A DNA stretch of 32,000 bases. Source: Halalkalibacterium halodurans (GTDB taxonomy: Bacteria; Bacillota; Bacilli; Bacillales; Bacillaceae_D). The notes under the pieces were generated by a model. That model worked only from the letters and a program-made list of their open reading frames with translations. It did no database searches and was not told the DNA's origin. Position 1 is the stretch's first letter, and each line of letters begins with the position of its first letter. The DNA is taken from NCBI RefSeq assembly GCF_004376175.1, contig NZ_SNUY01000035.1:10337-42336 (forward strand), in the 5' to 3' direction. A program made the position numbers and the translations under genes. Below, piece after piece: positions 1-11,270 of the stretch.

Positions 1-525
1 CTTTCCTTCTGAAATAAACTCCTGTACGACTTTCGGTAGCTGGAGTAAACGCAAATGATTGGCGATATGAGGGCGACTTTTCCCGAGACGCACAGCCAGC
101 TGCTCTTGTGTCATTTGTAAATGAGTCATGAGCTTTTCATAGGCGTTCGCTTCCTCAATGGGGTTCAAGTCCTCTCGCTGCAAGTTTTCGATCAGCGCCA
201 TTTCCATCATTTTTTGATCATCCAATTCCCGGATGACGACAGGGACCTTCACAAGCCCTGCACGCTCTGCTGCACGAAAGCGACGTTCGCCGACGACGAT
301 TTCATAACCTTTCACACTGCTTTTTCGCACAACAATCGGTTGCAAGATGCCGTGCTCCTTAATCGAATCAGCTAGCTCCTGAAGGGCTTCCTCCGAGAAC
401 GTCTTCCTCGGTTGATAAGGATTTGGGCGAAGCTCTAGAAGCTTGACTTCTTCCACATGTTCTGTCGTTTCATCAACCGCCTCAGGGAAAAATGCATTCA
501 ACCCTTTCCCTAAACCTTTACCCAT
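1..525 (-). CDS. parB: ParB/Spo0J chromosome-partitioning protein, N-terminal ~175 codons (gene runs off the left edge)
   Basis: Absent from the ORF track because it has no stop in the window. Reverse complement from ATG 525 reads [43 protein letters not shown]...[19 protein letters not shown]...[15 protein letters not shown]...[21 protein letters not shown], which are typical ParB-box motifs. The start overlaps the soj stop by 8 nt (ATGGGTAA). Confidence 0.9.
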   Translation of the reverse strand, partial: MGKGLGKGLNAFFPEAVDETTEHVEEVKLLELRPNPYQPRKTFSEEALQELADSIKEHGILQPIVVRKSSVKGYEIVVGERRFRAAERAGLVKVPVVIRELDDQKMMEMALIENLQREDLNPIEEANAYEKLMTHLQMTQEQLAVRLGKSRPHIANHLRLLQLPKVVQEFISEGK

Positions 526-1279
526 TAGCCACTACCTCCTTCGCAAGGTCGAGATACACTTCTGCCCCACGGGACTTTGCGTCATAGCGGATGATTGGTT
601 CGCCATGGCTCGGCGCTTCGCCTAAACGGATATTTCGAGGAATGATCGTGTCAAATACCTTTTCTCGAAAATATTTTTTCACTTCATCGATGACTTGAAT
701 CCCAAGGTTTGTTCTGGCGTCGAGCATTGTCAACAAAACGCCCTCAATAGCAAGATCTGTATTGAGGTGCTTTTGCACGAGTCTCACCGTGTTTAATAAC
801 TGACTTAATCCTTCAAGGGCATAATACTCACACTGGACTGGGATTAAAACGGAATCTGAAGCGGTAAGGGCATTGATCGTTAATAGCCCAAGAGAAGGGG
901 GACAATCAATAAAAATAAAGTCGTACTTTCGCCCCACTTGATCTAAGGCTCGCTTTAATCGAACTTCACGAGAGATGGTTGAGACAAGCTCAATTTCTGC
1001 ACCTGATAGCTGAATCGTGGAAGGAAGGACATCTAAATTCTCCATATTTGTCGTTCGAATGACGTCTTGCGTATCTACATCTTCCACGAGCACATCGTAG
1101 ATGCATTCATCGATGTCTCCTTTTTCAATTCCGACGCCGCTCGTTGCATTGCCTTGTGGATCTATATCTACTAATAATACCCGTTGACCAAGGTGGGCTA
1201 GACAAGCACTTAAATTGACAGCTGTTGTCGTTTTGCCTACCCCTCCTTTTTGGTTTGCGATTGAAATAACTTTTGCCAC
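518..1279 (-). CDS. soj: Soj/ParA chromosome-partitioning ATPase
   Basis: 253-aa ORF with the deviant Walker A KGGVGKTT near the N-terminus and DCPPSLG. It lies immediately upstream of parB, as in the soj-spo0J operon. Confidence 0.95.
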   Translation of the reverse strand: MAKVISIANQKGGVGKTTTAVNLSACLAHLGQRVLLVDIDPQGNATSGVGIEKGDIDECIYDVLVEDVDTQDVIRTTNMENLDVLPSTIQLSGAEIELVSTISREVRLKRALDQVGRKYDFIFIDCPPSLGLLTINALTASDSVLIPVQCEYYALEGLSQLLNTVRLVQKHLNTDLAIEGVLLTMLDARTNLGIQVIDEVKKYFREKVFDTIIPRNIRLGEAPSHGEPIIRYDAKSRGAEVYLDLAKEVVANG

Positions 1280-1393
1280 ACTGCCACCAACTTTCCTTCC
1301 CTAAACATTAAAACAATTTCGCTCTCTATTTTATCACAACTCGCCATCGTAAAGAGGGGGAAACTATTCCTATCTATTGTCGTTCTATGTATA

Positions 1394-1424
1394 TGAAAAA
1401 GTAACCTATCGCAGGCACCGATAG
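1394..1424 (-). terminator. Possible intrinsic terminator after noc
   Basis: Minus-strand hairpin CTATCG-N7-CGATAG (about 1406-1424) followed by a T-rich run (A-run about 1396-1400 on the plus strand). The stem is short. Confidence 0.4.
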
Positions 1425-1425
1425 A

Positions 1426-2277
1426 TTACTTCTTTTTCGGAATCCGAATCGTAAATTGGTAGAAATCCTCATGCTCTTCTTCAGCCGTATCCACCTTTAA
1501 TCCACTTTTCATGACCATATCGACCGACTGCCTGATCGTGTTCATCGCAATTCGCATATCCTTGGAGTATGCTTTGCGTGTCGGCTTTTTCTTAGGCTTT
1601 GAAGCCGGTGCGTCTTCCAGCAGCTCCTTTACCCGTTCCTCTGTCTGTTTCACGTTTAAATGCTGCTCGACGATTTCCTCTAACAACTTCGTTTCGAGCG
1701 CGTCATCCTTTAACGAGAGAAGGGCGCGCGCATGACGTTCTGAAATTTTTCGTTCCATAATCGCCTGTTGAACCGGTTCGGAGAGATGGAGAAGTCTCAG
1801 TTTGTTTGCAATGGTGGACTGCCCTTTACCAAGTCGCTGTGCTAAGCTTTCCTGCGTTAAACCGTGCAGTTCAATCAGCTTTTGGTAAGCAACCGCTTCC
1901 TCAACTGCCGTTAATCCTTCCCGCTGCAAGTTCTCAATTAAAGCGACTGAAGCCGTTTGCGAATCGTTAAACTCTTTAATGATGGCTGGGATCGTTTCCC
2001 AACCGAGCAACGTTACCGCACGAAAACGACGCTCACCGGCAATAATTTCGTACTTGCCCTCACGCTGACGAACGACAATGGGCTGAATGATCCCATGAGT
2101 TCGAATCGTCTGCGCTAACTCTTCAATCCGCTCGTCATCAAAAATCGTTCGCGGTTGAAAGCGATTCGGGACGATTTCCTTGATCGGCAGCTGGTGTACT
2201 TCCTCCTGCTTTCCTGTCTCCATTTCTTGATCCTGTTTATCACCGAAGCCAAAGAGGCGTGAAAACGGTTGTTTCAT
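1426..2277 (-). CDS. noc: Nucleoid occlusion protein Noc (ParB paralogue)
   Basis: ParB-like motifs [10 protein letters not shown] and IENLQREGL. Position between soj and rsmG matches B. subtilis. The track ORF starts at 2304, but ATG 2277 ([14 protein letters not shown]) has a GAAGGTGGTG Shine-Dalgarno (SD) sequence 7-9 nt upstream and matches the usual Noc N-terminus. Confidence 0.9.
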   Translation of the reverse strand: MKQPFSRLFGFGDKQDQEMETGKQEEVHQLPIKEIVPNRFQPRTIFDDERIEELAQTIRTHGIIQPIVVRQREGKYEIIAGERRFRAVTLLGWETIPAIIKEFNDSQTASVALIENLQREGLTAVEEAVAYQKLIELHGLTQESLAQRLGKGQSTIANKLRLLHLSEPVQQAIMERKISERHARALLSLKDDALETKLLEEIVEQHLNVKQTEERVKELLEDAPASKPKKKPTRKAYSKDMRIAMNTIRQSVDMVMKSGLKVDTAEEEHEDFYQFTIRIPKKK

Positions 2278-2470
2278 CGCCCTACACCACCTTCTAAACT
2301 CCATCTGCGTCTCTTAATGTTGTTCGACATAGATGGAAAAAATCCTTCTTTTTTACCTATGTCCTTTATATCTTTCAAACCAATCCCAGTCAAGAGAAAC
2401 CTTCTTCTTTTTGCTAGCAACTTTCTTGCTCTACCTGAGTTTTCACTCCGCAACGTTTACGATCAATATG

Positions 2471-2570
2471 TTATCCACAGCTTCCATCCACAAGTTATCT
2501 CCTCAATCACCCGTAGAACTTCTGTCCACATGTGGATGATGATCTGAGACAGCTTTTCAAGTTATTCACA
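2471..2570. promoter_or_regulatory. DnaA-box cluster outside oriC (5 boxes in 100 bp)
   Basis: TTATCCACA 2471-2479 (perfect), CCATCCACA 2484-2492, CTGTCCACA 2522-2530 abutting the inverted TGTGGATGA 2531-2539, and TTATTCACA 2562-2570. The cluster lies about 200-300 bp upstream of noc. Confidence 0.6.
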
Positions 2571-2902
2571 ACTTTTCGTACTCTTTAAAGGCCTGATCAA
2601 GAAGAGCTTGGGACATCACAGTAAACAAGAGTGGTACTCTTAGTTTTCAGGTGTTTTTATTAGGAGGTTGATTGTTTCAAAAACCACTCGCTTGCCGCGG
2701 GCAAGGCTTCAGCTAAGGGGGAAGGGGGACGTAGGACAGTCTTTGATTATCTGAAGGCTCATTTGCGTTTCACTCGACTGTCTGTAAGAGGGCAACGAGA
2801 CTGTCAGAGAATGAGGGTTTGCCTGCCTTTGTGGCCGTGAACTGACGAAAGGGCACGGTCATAAACGCCCATCAAACAACAGACGAGCCCATGAATCAAC
2901 AG

Positions 2903-2947
2903 AAAAAAGGTTCGGATCATCGAAATAAAAATGTCCGAACCTTTTTA
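2903..2947 (-). terminator. Intrinsic (bidirectional-looking) terminator after rsmG
   Basis: Arms AAAAGGTTCGGA and TCCGAACCTTTT with U-tracts on both strands, about 30 nt downstream of the rsmG stop. Confidence 0.7.
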
Positions 2948-2978
2948 TTATGTGTTTAGCTAGTTTGGTCCAAGCCCT

Positions 2979-3695
2979 TTAAGATAATGGTTGTTTATTC
3001 GGCGTTCCTGGTTTACGAGGGTATTTTTTCGGTGTGCTGCGCTCTTTCCTTATGATTATGACATGACGTTCACTCTCCTCGATCGGGAGGGTGAACTGTT
3101 CATTTTGTATCACGGATCCTCCTAATTTCTTTAGGGCCCCTTGTGCAGCCGTAAGCTCTTCATTAGCCCCGGCGCCTTTCATCGCAACAAAGGTTCCTTC
3201 TACCTTCGCAAGCGGAAGACAAAGCTCACTCAACACAGGCAAGCGAGCAACTGCACGGGCGAGGACGAGATCATACTGTTCGCGATGTTCTTTTTTCTGA
3301 GCAAAGGTTTCCGCCCGATCATGGTAAAACGCCGTTCCCTTCAGCCCTAACGTCTCACTTAAATGCTCGAGAAATCCGATTCGTTTTTTTAATGAATCGA
3401 CGATCGTTACCCGAAGCTCAGGGAACACAATTTTAAGTGGAATGCTCGGAAATCCTGCCCCAGCCCCCACATCAACGACAGTAGCCACTTTCGTAAAATC
3501 AACGTAAAATGCTGCGGTTAACGAGTCGTAAAAATGCTTTAAATACACACCCTCTTTATCGGTAATCGCCGTCAAATTCATTTTTTCGTTCCATTCGACG
3601 AGGGTATGGTAATAGTGCTCAAATTGGTCAAGCTGGGCTTGAGAAAGGGAGAATCCTCGCTCCTCCAGCCGTTGTCGAAACTCTGTTATTTCCAT
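2979..3695 (-). CDS. rsmG: 16S rRNA (guanine527-N7)-methyltransferase RsmG/GidB
   Basis: 238 aa with the SAM-binding motif [16 protein letters not shown]. It follows mnmG, as in the conserved mnmE-mnmG-rsmG operon. Confidence 0.95.
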   Translation of the reverse strand: MEITEFRQRLEERGFSLSQAQLDQFEHYYHTLVEWNEKMNLTAITDKEGVYLKHFYDSLTAAFYVDFTKVATVVDVGAGAGFPSIPLKIVFPELRVTIVDSLKKRIGFLEHLSETLGLKGTAFYHDRAETFAQKKEHREQYDLVLARAVARLPVLSELCLPLAKVEGTFVAMKGAGANEELTAAQGALKKLGGSVIQNEQFTLPIEESERHVIIIRKERSTPKKYPRKPGTPNKQPLS

Positions 3696-3706
3696 GTCAG
3701 CCCCCG

Positions 3707-5605
3707 TTATACTGTTTTTTTCCCGAGCTTGGCGAGACGACCTTGCTCTAAGTATACGAGTAAAATTGAAATGTCCGATGGATTGACCCCTGACACACGT
3801 GATGCTTGCCCGACAGAGAGAGGGCGAACTTCGCTTAGCTTTTGTTTCGCTTCCGTCGCTAGGCCATTAATCGCATCGTAATCCAAGTCTTCTGGAATCT
3901 TTTTATCGTTCATTTTCTTTGCCCGCTCTACTTGCTGGAGCATTTTCGAAATGTACCCTTCGTACTTAATTTGGATCTCCACTTGCTCCGCTACATCGGC
4001 GCTCAATTCTTGTTCAGGTGCTGGAATCACCTTTGCTACATGCTCATACGTCACTTCCGGTCGCTTGAGGAACACATTGGCTTGCACCGCTTCCTTCAAT
4101 GGCGCTGAGCCCACTTCTTCAAGGAGAGCATTGACTTCTTTTGACGGCTTCACTGTAATCGATTCTAGGCGTTTCTTTTCCGCAGCAATTTGTGCTTTTT
4201 TCTCGCAGAATCGTTCATAGCGCTCCCTTGCAATTAATCCGATCTCATAGCCTTTTTCCGTTAACCGTAAATCGGCATTGTCATGACGGAGCAAGAGGCG
4301 ATATTCAGCCCTTGATGTGAGCAAGCGGTACGGCTCATTCGTCCCTTTTGTGACGAGATCATCAATCAATACGCCAATGTAAGCTTCTGAACGGTCTAAA
4401 ATGAGCCCGTCTTTGCCTTGGACGCGCAGTGCTGCATTAATACCAGCCATAATCCCTTGACCGGCTGCTTCCTCATAGCCTGACGTTCCATTGATTTGAC
4501 CTGCAGTAAACAAGCCTGGAACTTTCTTTGTTTCTAATGTTGGCCAGAGCTGAGTTGGCACGATCGCATCGTATTCAATCGCATACCCTGGCCGCATCAT
4601 ACGCGCTTTTTCCAAGCCTGGGATCGACTTAAGTACGTCTAGCTGTACGTCCTCCGGCAAGCTCGTTGACAAGCCTTGGACATACACTTCTGACGTATGA
4701 CGTCCTTCCGGCTCTAGGAAAATTTGATGGCGTGGCTTATCATTAAAGCGAACGATTTTATCCTCAATCGACGGGCAATACCGTGGCCCTGTCCCTTCAA
4801 TCATCCCAGAGTACATCGGTGAACGTCCTAAGTTATCGTTAATGATTTGATGGGTTTTATCGCCTGTATACGTTAACCAGCATGGAAGTTGATCGGTAAT
4901 GTATTTCGTCGTCTCGTATGAAAATGCCCGCGGCACCTCATCCCCTGGCTGGATTTCCGTTTTGTCATAGTCGATTGTTTCACCGTTTACGCGAGGCGGG
5001 GTTCCTGTTTTAAAGCGAACCATCTCAAATCCTAACTCTTGTAAGTGGTAGGACAAATTGATGGAAGGCTGCATGTTGTTCGGCCCACTCTCATAGGCGA
5101 GGTCACCGATAATGATTTTCCCGCGCAAATAGGTCCCTGTCGTCACAACGACTGCCTTGGCTCGGTATTCAGCCCCTGTGTTCGTAATGACACCACGGCA
5201 TTCCCCATCCTCAATGATGAGGCGCTCCACCATACCTTGACGAAGGAGTAAATTCTCCTCCTCTTCAATTGTTTTTTTCATCTCATGTTGATATAAAAAT
5301 TTATCCGCTTGGGCGCGCAATGCTCGCACAGCTGGACCTTTCCCTGTGTTTAACATCCGCATTTGGATGTGGGTTTTGTCAATGTTGCGCGCCATCTCTC
5401 CACCGAGGGCGTCTATTTCCCGAACGACGATCCCTTTCGCCGGTCCCCCAACAGACGGATTACACGGCATGAACGCGACGGCATCGAGGTTAAGGGTAAG
5501 CATCAGCGTATTCGCTCCCATCCGTGCAGCAGCGAGGCCTGCTTCGACCCCTGCATGCCCTGCACCGACGACAATGACGTCAAATTCGCCACCTTGATAA
5601 GACAT
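3707..5605 (-). CDS. mnmG: tRNA uridine 5-carboxymethylaminomethyl modification enzyme MnmG/GidA
   Basis: 632 aa with the N-terminal FAD dinucleotide fold [14 protein letters not shown]. Length and synteny are conserved. Confidence 0.97.
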   Translation of the reverse strand: MSYQGGEFDVIVVGAGHAGVEAGLAAARMGANTLMLTLNLDAVAFMPCNPSVGGPAKGIVVREIDALGGEMARNIDKTHIQMRMLNTGKGPAVRALRAQADKFLYQHEMKKTIEEEENLLLRQGMVERLIIEDGECRGVITNTGAEYRAKAVVVTTGTYLRGKIIIGDLAYESGPNNMQPSINLSYHLQELGFEMVRFKTGTPPRVNGETIDYDKTEIQPGDEVPRAFSYETTKYITDQLPCWLTYTGDKTHQIINDNLGRSPMYSGMIEGTGPRYCPSIEDKIVRFNDKPRHQIFLEPEGRHTSEVYVQGLSTSLPEDVQLDVLKSIPGLEKARMMRPGYAIEYDAIVPTQLWPTLETKKVPGLFTAGQINGTSGYEEAAGQGIMAGINAALRVQGKDGLILDRSEAYIGVLIDDLVTKGTNEPYRLLTSRAEYRLLLRHDNADLRLTEKGYEIGLIARERYERFCEKKAQIAAEKKRLESITVKPSKEVNALLEEVGSAPLKEAVQANVFLKRPEVTYEHVAKVIPAPEQELSADVAEQVEIQIKYEGYISKMLQQVERAKKMNDKKIPEDLDYDAINGLATEAKQKLSEVRPLSVGQASRVSGVNPSDISILLVYLEQGRLAKLGKKTV

Positions 5606-5662
5606 GGACTGTACCTCCTTTTCCTTTTAAACACTTCATTCAAAGCTCTCTAAGAGCACTAT

Positions 5663-7039
5663 TTACTTTCCGAGACAAAATTGTGAGAACAACTGGTCGA
5701 TTAAGCTTTCATGGACGCTGTCTCCGATAATTTCTCCTAGCAGCTCCCATGCACGCGTAATATCGATTTGGACCATGTCGATTGGCACGTCCATCTCAAT
5801 CGCCTCTAGCGCATCTTCTACTGCTCGCTTCGCTTGCTCTAGCAATGCAATGTGTCGCGAATTGGAAACATACGTGACATCACCGCTCTCGATGCCGCTC
5901 TCAAAAAAGAGGGACGCGATCGCTGCTTCTAATTCGTCAATTCCTTGATCTTGGACGATCGAGGTCGTAATGACAGGGCGCCCTGCCGCAAGCTCGCGGA
6001 CCCTCGTTAAATCAATTTTTTGCTCCACGTCGGTTTTGTTCACGATGACGATCGCTTCCATTCCAGATATAGCCTCAAATAGAGCTTCATCTTCTTTCGA
6101 CAACTCTTCGCCGAAATTAAGGACGAGTAAAATTAGTTCCGCTTCCTTCAATACTTCACGTGAACGCTCCACACCGATTCGCTCAACGATGTCTTCCGTT
6201 TCTCGAATCCCGGCTGTATCCACAAGTCTTAACGGGACGCCGCGCACATTCACGTACTCTTCAATGACATCACGAGTCGTCCCTGGTATATCGGTGACGA
6301 TCGCCTTATTTTCGTGAACTAGGCTATTCAGCAGGGAGGATTTCCCTACATTCGGCCGACCGATAATGACTGTTGACAGCCCTTCACGTAATATCTTCCC
6401 CTGCTGCGCCGTCATCAACAGCTTGTCAATTTCCTTTCTTACAAACTGAGCCCGGTCTTTTAACATATCTAGCGTCATCGTTTCCGCATCATATTCAGGA
6501 TAGTCGATGTTTACCTCTACGTGCGCAACGGTTTCTAGTAACGCTTGGCGCAGCGATGAAATTTTCGTTGATAGTCGTCCCTCGACTTGCTTTAAGGCGA
6601 CATTCATGGCTCGATCGGTTTTCGCACGAATTAAATCGATAACTCCTTCAGCTTGTGACAAGTCAATCCGCCCATTTAAAAACGCTCGTTTCGTAAATTC
6701 GCCTGGCTCTGCAAGTCGTGCCCCGTGGTTTAACACGAGCTGCAGGACACGGTTTACCGATACGAGACCACCGTGACAATTGATTTCGATAACATCTTCC
6801 CGTGTAAACGTCCTTGGTGCCCTAAGGACAGAGACCATCACTTCATCAATGATTTCGTCCGTTTTTGGATCGACGATATGCCCATAAACAATCGTATGGG
6901 ACGGAACTTCCTGAAGCGGTTTTTTCCCTCGGTAAACCCGATCAGCTAATTGTACAGCCTCATCACCGCTCAGCCGGACAATTCCAATCGCTCCTTCACC
7001 AAGAGCCGTTGAAATGGCAGCGATTGTATCAAATTCCAT
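5663..7039 (-). CDS. mnmE: tRNA modification GTPase MnmE/TrmE (ThdF)
   Basis: 458 aa with G-domain motifs [20 protein letters not shown] and NKTD, and the C-terminal FCLGK (C-x-G-K) motif. Confidence 0.97.
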
Positions 7040-7214
7040 TTCGGCTCACCTCTCTTTCTTTACAGTGTTTACCGATCTATTCGAAAGCATAACGTTATAA
7101 GCAAATCATGCTTGATGAAATCATTTTTCCCTAACTAAAAAAGATAACACAAATTGGTGGCCTAGTCATCCATTCAGCCTTAGAAAACGTAGATTACCAC
7201 CAAGTTTTCGTCAT

Positions 7215-7258
7215 GTAAAAAAACAAGCGGCCTTCTGAAAGTAGAAAGCTGCTTGTTT
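7215..7258 (-). terminator. Intrinsic terminator after jag
   Basis: Long imperfect hairpin (AACAAGC.GC.TTC / GAA.GC.GCTTGTT) followed on the minus strand by a T7 run (A-run about 7217-7223 on the plus strand). Confidence 0.7.
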
Positions 7259-7283
7259 TCCGTTCCATATGAACGTAAGTGTA

Positions 7284-7907
7284 CTACCTTTTTGGTGCAA
7301 TCACAACGTGACGACCGATGCCTTGTCCTTCTGAATACGTCTCGACATCCCCTAGCTCCTGCAGAGCCGTATGAATGATTTTTCGCTCGTGGGCACTCAT
7401 CGGCTCTAACGATACAGGGCGTTTCGTTCGTAACGCTTTACTTGCAAGACGTTCCGCTAATTGAACGAGCGCTTCCTTCCGGCGAGCCCGATAATTTTCA
7501 GCGTCCAACTGAATCCGAATGAATTCGCCTTCTTCTTTATTGGCGACAAGATTGACTAAATATTGCAAGGAATCTAACGTCTGTCCGCGCTTTCCAATTA
7601 ACGTCCCTAAATCTTGCTCACCCGAGATGTTAAAGAGGACGGTAGCCGGGTCTTTCTCTATCGTTACCTCGACTTCCATATCCATTTCTTGCAGAAGTTC
7701 TTCTAAAAAGGCTTTTGCTCGGTCCACGGGATCAGGTTTGACAACGACTTCGATGACTGCTGGCTTCGATCCTAATATCCCAAACAACCCACTTTTCGGC
7801 TCTTCCACGACTGTATACGTGATGCGTTCCCTCGTTGTTCCAAGTTCGATGATCGCCTGTTCAACAGCTTCTTCCACCGTTTTACCTGATACTCTCCGTT
7901 TCGTCAC
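7284..7907 (-). CDS. jag: Jag/KhpB RNA-binding protein (Jag-N, KH, R3H domains)
   Basis: 207 aa with C-terminal R3H-type [16 protein letters not shown] start overlaps the yidC stop (GTGA). The spoIIIJ-jag pairing is conserved. Confidence 0.9.
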   Translation of the reverse strand: MTKRRVSGKTVEEAVEQAIIELGTTRERITYTVVEEPKSGLFGILGSKPAVIEVVVKPDPVDRAKAFLEELLQEMDMEVEVTIEKDPATVLFNISGEQDLGTLIGKRGQTLDSLQYLVNLVANKEEGEFIRIQLDAENYRARRKEALVQLAERLASKALRTKRPVSLEPMSAHERKIIHTALQELGDVETYSEGQGIGRHVVIAPKR

Positions 7908-8677
7908 TTTTTCTTTCCTCCCACCTTTACATCAGCAGCTGCTTTTTTAGCGCCGACGTTTGGTCCTGTAATGAAATACGTTTGCAAGATCATAAACAAG
8001 TTACCAATGACCCAATACAATGCGAGGGATGACGGTAAAAACATCGCAAAGACTAAAATCATGACAGGCATAACATATAAAAGCACCTTCATTTGCGGGT
8101 TATCTGTAACCATCATCATTTTTTGCTGCAAGAATGTTGTGATTCCGGCAATAATCGGTAATAAAATCGGATCCGGCTGGTTCAATACAAACCATAAAAA
8201 GTGTTCATCTCCAATTTCCCGCGTCCGCATAATCGCATGATAAAAAGCGAGTAAGATCGGCATTTGGATCAATACAGGAAAACAACCAGCTAACGGATTT
8301 ACTCCATGCTTCTGGAACAAGGCCATCGTTTCCTGCTGCAATTTTTGCTGGGTTCGCTGATCCTTCGCACTATATTTTTCACGAAGCGCCTGCATTTCAG
8401 GTTGAAGTGCTTGCATCGCTCGTGTACTTTTTAACTGCTTAATCATCAGCGGAAGGATGAGCAATCTGATTAAAAGCGTGACAACGATGATCGCAAGGCC
8501 AAAGCTGCCATTAAAAGCATTGGCAAAATAAATCATTAACCACGAAAGAGGATAAACAAAATATGAGTCCCAAATCCCTTCACTCTGTGCATTAATGGGC
8601 TCGTTCACGTTAAAACACCCTGTCATTAGAAGCAGGATGGAAACTAGCATCGCTGCCATTCCAAACTTTCTATACAC
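7904..8677 (-). CDS. yidC: YidC/SpoIIIJ membrane protein insertase (lipoprotein-type signal)
   Basis: Multi-TM Oxa1-family protein. The track ORF begins at TTG 8719. GTG 8677 is the likelier start: GGAGG sits 7 nt upstream, and the resulting [21 protein letters not shown] is a classic lipobox signal peptide. Confidence 0.9.
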   Translation of the reverse strand: MYRKFGMAAMLVSILLLMTGCFNVNEPINAQSEGIWDSYFVYPLSWLMIYFANAFNGSFGLAIIVVTLLIRLLILPLMIKQLKSTRAMQALQPEMQALREKYSAKDQRTQQKLQQETMALFQKHGVNPLAGCFPVLIQMPILLAFYHAIMRTREIGDEHFLWFVLNQPDPILLPIIAGITTFLQQKMMMVTDNPQMKVLLYVMPVMILVFAMFLPSSLALYWVIGNLFMILQTYFITGPNVGAKKAAADVKVGGKKK

Positions 8678-8725
8678 GACGGTTCCTCCTTGTTTCTCTT
8701 CCAATTCCTTGTTTGTCAAATCTAT

Positions 8726-9085
8726 TTATTTATGGGCACGTACCTTAGGCTGAATGATTTTTGCTTTTTTGCATACGTGCCATAAGCTCCCTTTGACTTG
8801 CTCATAGGTCATGTCAGCTGCCGGCTTTCGCGCAATAATGACATAGTCACGCTCCCCGGAAATCGCCTGTTCATGCTCCTGAAAAAACGTGCGGATGAGA
8901 CGTTTTACACGGTTACGCGTTACGGCATTGCCGATTTTTTTACTGACCGAAAGACCGACACGAAAAAAGTCTTGTCCTTCTTTCGGCAACACATAGATGA
9001 CAAATTGGCGATTAGCAACGGAAAATCCTTCATTGAAGACGCGGGAAAATTCATCGCTTCTTTTAATCCGATGTTCTTTTTTCAA
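8726..9085 (-). CDS. rnpA: RNase P protein component
   Basis: 119-aa basic protein with the RNR motif ([12 protein letters not shown]). TTG start. Lies directly downstream of rpmH. Confidence 0.95.
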   Translation of the reverse strand: MKKEHRIKRSDEFSRVFNEGFSVANRQFVIYVLPKEGQDFFRVGLSVSKKIGNAVTRNRVKRLIRTFFQEHEQAISGERDYVIIARKPAADMTYEQVKGSLWHVCKKAKIIQPKVRAHK

Positions 9086-9119
9086 TCCGTTCCACCGTCC
9101 TCTTTACCATCTTTTCCCC

Positions 9120-9149
9120 TGAAGAAAAAGACCACTGACATCAGTGGCC
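9120..9149 (-). terminator. Hairpin plus T-run between rpmH and rnpA (attenuator or partial terminator)
   Basis: Minus strand reads CCACTG-ATGT-CAGTGG followed by TCTTTTTCTT. The stem is short, so this is probably only partial termination. Confidence 0.35.
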
Positions 9150-9287
9150 TTATGCAGATAGCACTTTTCTTCCTTTTTTCCGACGACGAGCTAATACTTT
9201 ACGGCCATTTTTAGTGCTCATACGCGCACGAAAACCGTGTACTTTTTTACGTTTGCGGTTATTTGGTTGGAATGTTGGTTTTCCCAT
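9150..9287 (-). CDS. rpmH: 50S ribosomal protein L34
   Basis: Below the ORF-track size cutoff. Reverse complement reads [45 protein letters not shown] (45 aa), ending in TAA at 9150-9152. GGAGG SD lies upstream. Confidence 0.95.
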   Translation of the reverse strand: MGKPTFQPNNRKRKKVHGFRARMSTKNGRKVLARRRKKGRKVLSA

Positions 9288-9346
9288 TTATAACACCTCC
9301 CTGAGGACTTTGAGGATTTTGTCATCATCAAAAGACATTCTTGTAA

Positions 9347-9375
9347 ATTATATGAAACGTCGGTTTCCTTGTCAA
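9347..9375 (-). promoter_or_regulatory. Consensus sigma-A promoter for rpmH-rnpA
   Basis: On the minus strand: TTGACA (9375-9370), a 17-nt spacer, then TATAAT (9352-9347). Both hexamers are perfect. Confidence 0.7.
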
Positions 9376-9425
9376 GATTCGTTTTTTGTAAATGACCTCC
9401 TTAGTCTATTTTACAACAACATCAC

Positions 9426-9734
9426 TGTGGATAACATCTATCCACACACAAATGCATGTCCTCAAACTTATCGACAGATTACACACATGATCTTGTGTTG
9501 TGGATAAAAAACAAACACAGCATATTGAACCTTGTGGATAAATAGCTAGAACCCTTGCAACTACTTATTTTTTTTGCTAAGATATTCTTGTTTTACACGT
9601 GGATGCCTATTTTGAACGTCAATTATTATCCACACGCTGTGTATAACTTTGTGGACAGTTGTTTACGAGCTTATCCACGCAGGTGTGATTCGTGTTCATT
9701 CGACGTTTTTCTACTATATTATATTCTATCCACA
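9426..9734. promoter_or_regulatory. oriC upstream DnaA-box region (incA/B-like)
   Basis: Perfect boxes: TGTGGATAA at 9426-9434, 9499-9507 and 9533-9541, and TTATCCACA at 9626-9634. One-mismatch boxes: CTATCCACA 9438-9446, TTATCCACG 9671-9679, CTATCCACA 9726-9734. Weaker boxes: CGTGGATGC 9598-9606 and TGTGGACAG 9650-9658. Confidence 0.85.
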
Positions 9735-9877
9735 TCGTTTTTCAGAATTTCATATTTATTCATCACTATACACACTAGGTATACATACGTTGTACAGCCT
9801 AGTCTTTCTTTTCTTCTACTAACCTTATAAACAAATGGCTGCAGTTTATTTTTTTTAAGAATAGGAGGGAGCAACGG

Positions 9878-11227
9878 TTGGAAAATATCCATGATTTATG
9901 GGAGCGCGCCTTGAAATCGATGGAAAAAAAGGTGAGCAAACCGAGCTTCGAGACATGGTTAAAGCAAACAAAGGCAAACAGCATTGAAGATAGCACGATC
10001 ATCATAACAGCACCAAATGAATTTGCTCGGGACTGGTTGGAGAAACATTACGACGAGCTCATTTCTGAAACAATTGATGATCTAACAGGTGTTCGCCTAT
10101 ATCCAAAGTTCGTCATTCCGACAAGTCAACTTGATGAACCTTTCGTTGAGCAAGAATTGAAAAAGCCGATGAAACAGCCTCCAGCACAAAATGGAGAAAT
10201 GCCTAATAACATGCTCAATGACAAATACACATTCGATACGTTTGTCATCGGATCTGGCAACCGCTTCGCTCACGCAGCATCACTTGCGGTAGCGGAAGCT
10301 CCTGCAAAAGCATACAACCCACTTTTTATTTATGGTGGAGTCGGTCTGGGAAAAACCCACTTAATGCACGCCATCGGACATTATGTGATGGATCATAACC
10401 CGAATGCGAAAGTCGTCTATTTGTCATCTGAGAAATTTACGAATGAATTTATTAATGCGATTCGTGACAACAAAGCGGTCAATTTCCGAAACAAATATCG
10501 AAATGTTGATGTGTTGCTGATTGACGATATTCAGTTTCTCGCAGGAAAAGAGCAAACACAGGAAGAGTTCTTCCATACGTTTAATGCGCTTCATGAAGAT
10601 AACAAACAGATTGTCATCTCAAGCGATCGTCCTCCTAAGGAAATTCCAACGTTGGAAGATCGCTTGCGCTCTCGATTTGAGTGGGGCTTAATTACTGACA
10701 TTACTCCACCAGATTTAGAAACGAGAATTGCGATTTTGCGGAAAAAGGCGAAGGCTGAAAACCTCGACATCCCAAATGAAGTGATGCTCTATATAGCCAA
10801 TCAAATTGATACGAACATTCGTGAACTAGAGGGAGCGCTCATCCGCGTCGTCGCTTATTCATCCCTCATTAATCAGGATATGAATGCAGATCTAGCAGCA
10901 GAAGCATTGAAAGATATTATCCCAAATGCTAAGCCGCGCGTGTTGACAATTACCGATATTCAAAAAACTGTTGGCGAGTATTTCCATGTGAAACTCGAAG
11001 ACTTTAAAGCGAAAAAACGAACAAAATCCGTTGCTTTCCCAAGGCAAATTGCCATGTATCTATCGAGGGAGCTAACGGATGCCTCCCTGCCGAAAATCGG
11101 AAGCGAATTTGGAGGCCGGGATCATACGACTGTCATTCATGCCCATGAAAAAATTTCAAAGCTTCTTTCAACAGACCAAGAATTACAGGATAAAATCCAA
11201 GAGATTAGCGACAAGCTACGCTCATAG
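9878..11227 (+). CDS. dnaA: Chromosomal replication initiator DnaA
   Basis: 449 aa. TTG start with AGGAGGGA SD. Contains Walker [11 protein letters not shown], Walker B LLIDDIQF and the C-terminal DNA-binding helix [12 protein letters not shown]. Confidence 0.98.
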   Translation: MENIHDLWERALKSMEKKVSKPSFETWLKQTKANSIEDSTIIITAPNEFARDWLEKHYDELISETIDDLTGVRLYPKFVIPTSQLDEPFVEQELKKPMKQPPAQNGEMPNNMLNDKYTFDTFVIGSGNRFAHAASLAVAEAPAKAYNPLFIYGGVGLGKTHLMHAIGHYVMDHNPNAKVVYLSSEKFTNEFINAIRDNKAVNFRNKYRNVDVLLIDDIQFLAGKEQTQEEFFHTFNALHEDNKQIVISSDRPPKEIPTLEDRLRSRFEWGLITDITPPDLETRIAILRKKAKAENLDIPNEVMLYIANQIDTNIRELEGALIRVVAYSSLINQDMNADLAAEALKDIIPNAKPRVLTITDIQKTVGEYFHVKLEDFKAKKRTKSVAFPRQIAMYLSRELTDASLPKIGSEFGGRDHTTVIHAHEKISKLLSTDQELQDKIQEISDKLRS

Positions 11228-11270
11228 ATTTGTGGGGAATGTGAATGAATCGTTCGCACTTTTGCACAGA

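Noticed and set aside
121-375. 84-aa plus-strand ORF, and similar antisense ORFs elsewhere: 443-625, 1511-1735, 3091-3350, 3951-4220, 5045-5653, 5970-6776, 7519-7950, 7971-8240, 8798-9214
   Set aside because: Each lies entirely antisense to a well-supported conserved gene (parB, soj, noc, rsmG, mnmG, mnmE, jag, yidC, rnpA). None has an SD. All have low-complexity, shadow-frame composition.
1646-1661. parS-like sequence TGTTTCACGTTTAAAT inside noc
   Set aside because: Only 12 of 16 positions match TGTTNCACGTGNAACA, and the right half-site is lost. I found no full parS in the window. The usual site in the 3' part of parB lies outside it.
2668-2754. 28-codon ORF starting at a TTG immediately after the orphan AGGAGG (2662-2667)
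   Set aside because: There is zero spacing between the SD and the TTG. The peptide is Arg/Gly-rich and low-complexity. It runs through the GC hairpin and the G-rich tandem repeat.
9214-9830. Plus-strand ORFs 9214-9507 and 9555-9830, and the minus-strand ORF 9799-10005, across the rpmH-dnaA spacer
   Set aside because: They run through the rpmH coding strand, the rpmH promoter and the DnaA-box array. Their His/Pro/Cys-rich sequences come from translating TTATCCACA repeats. This is oriC, not coding DNA.
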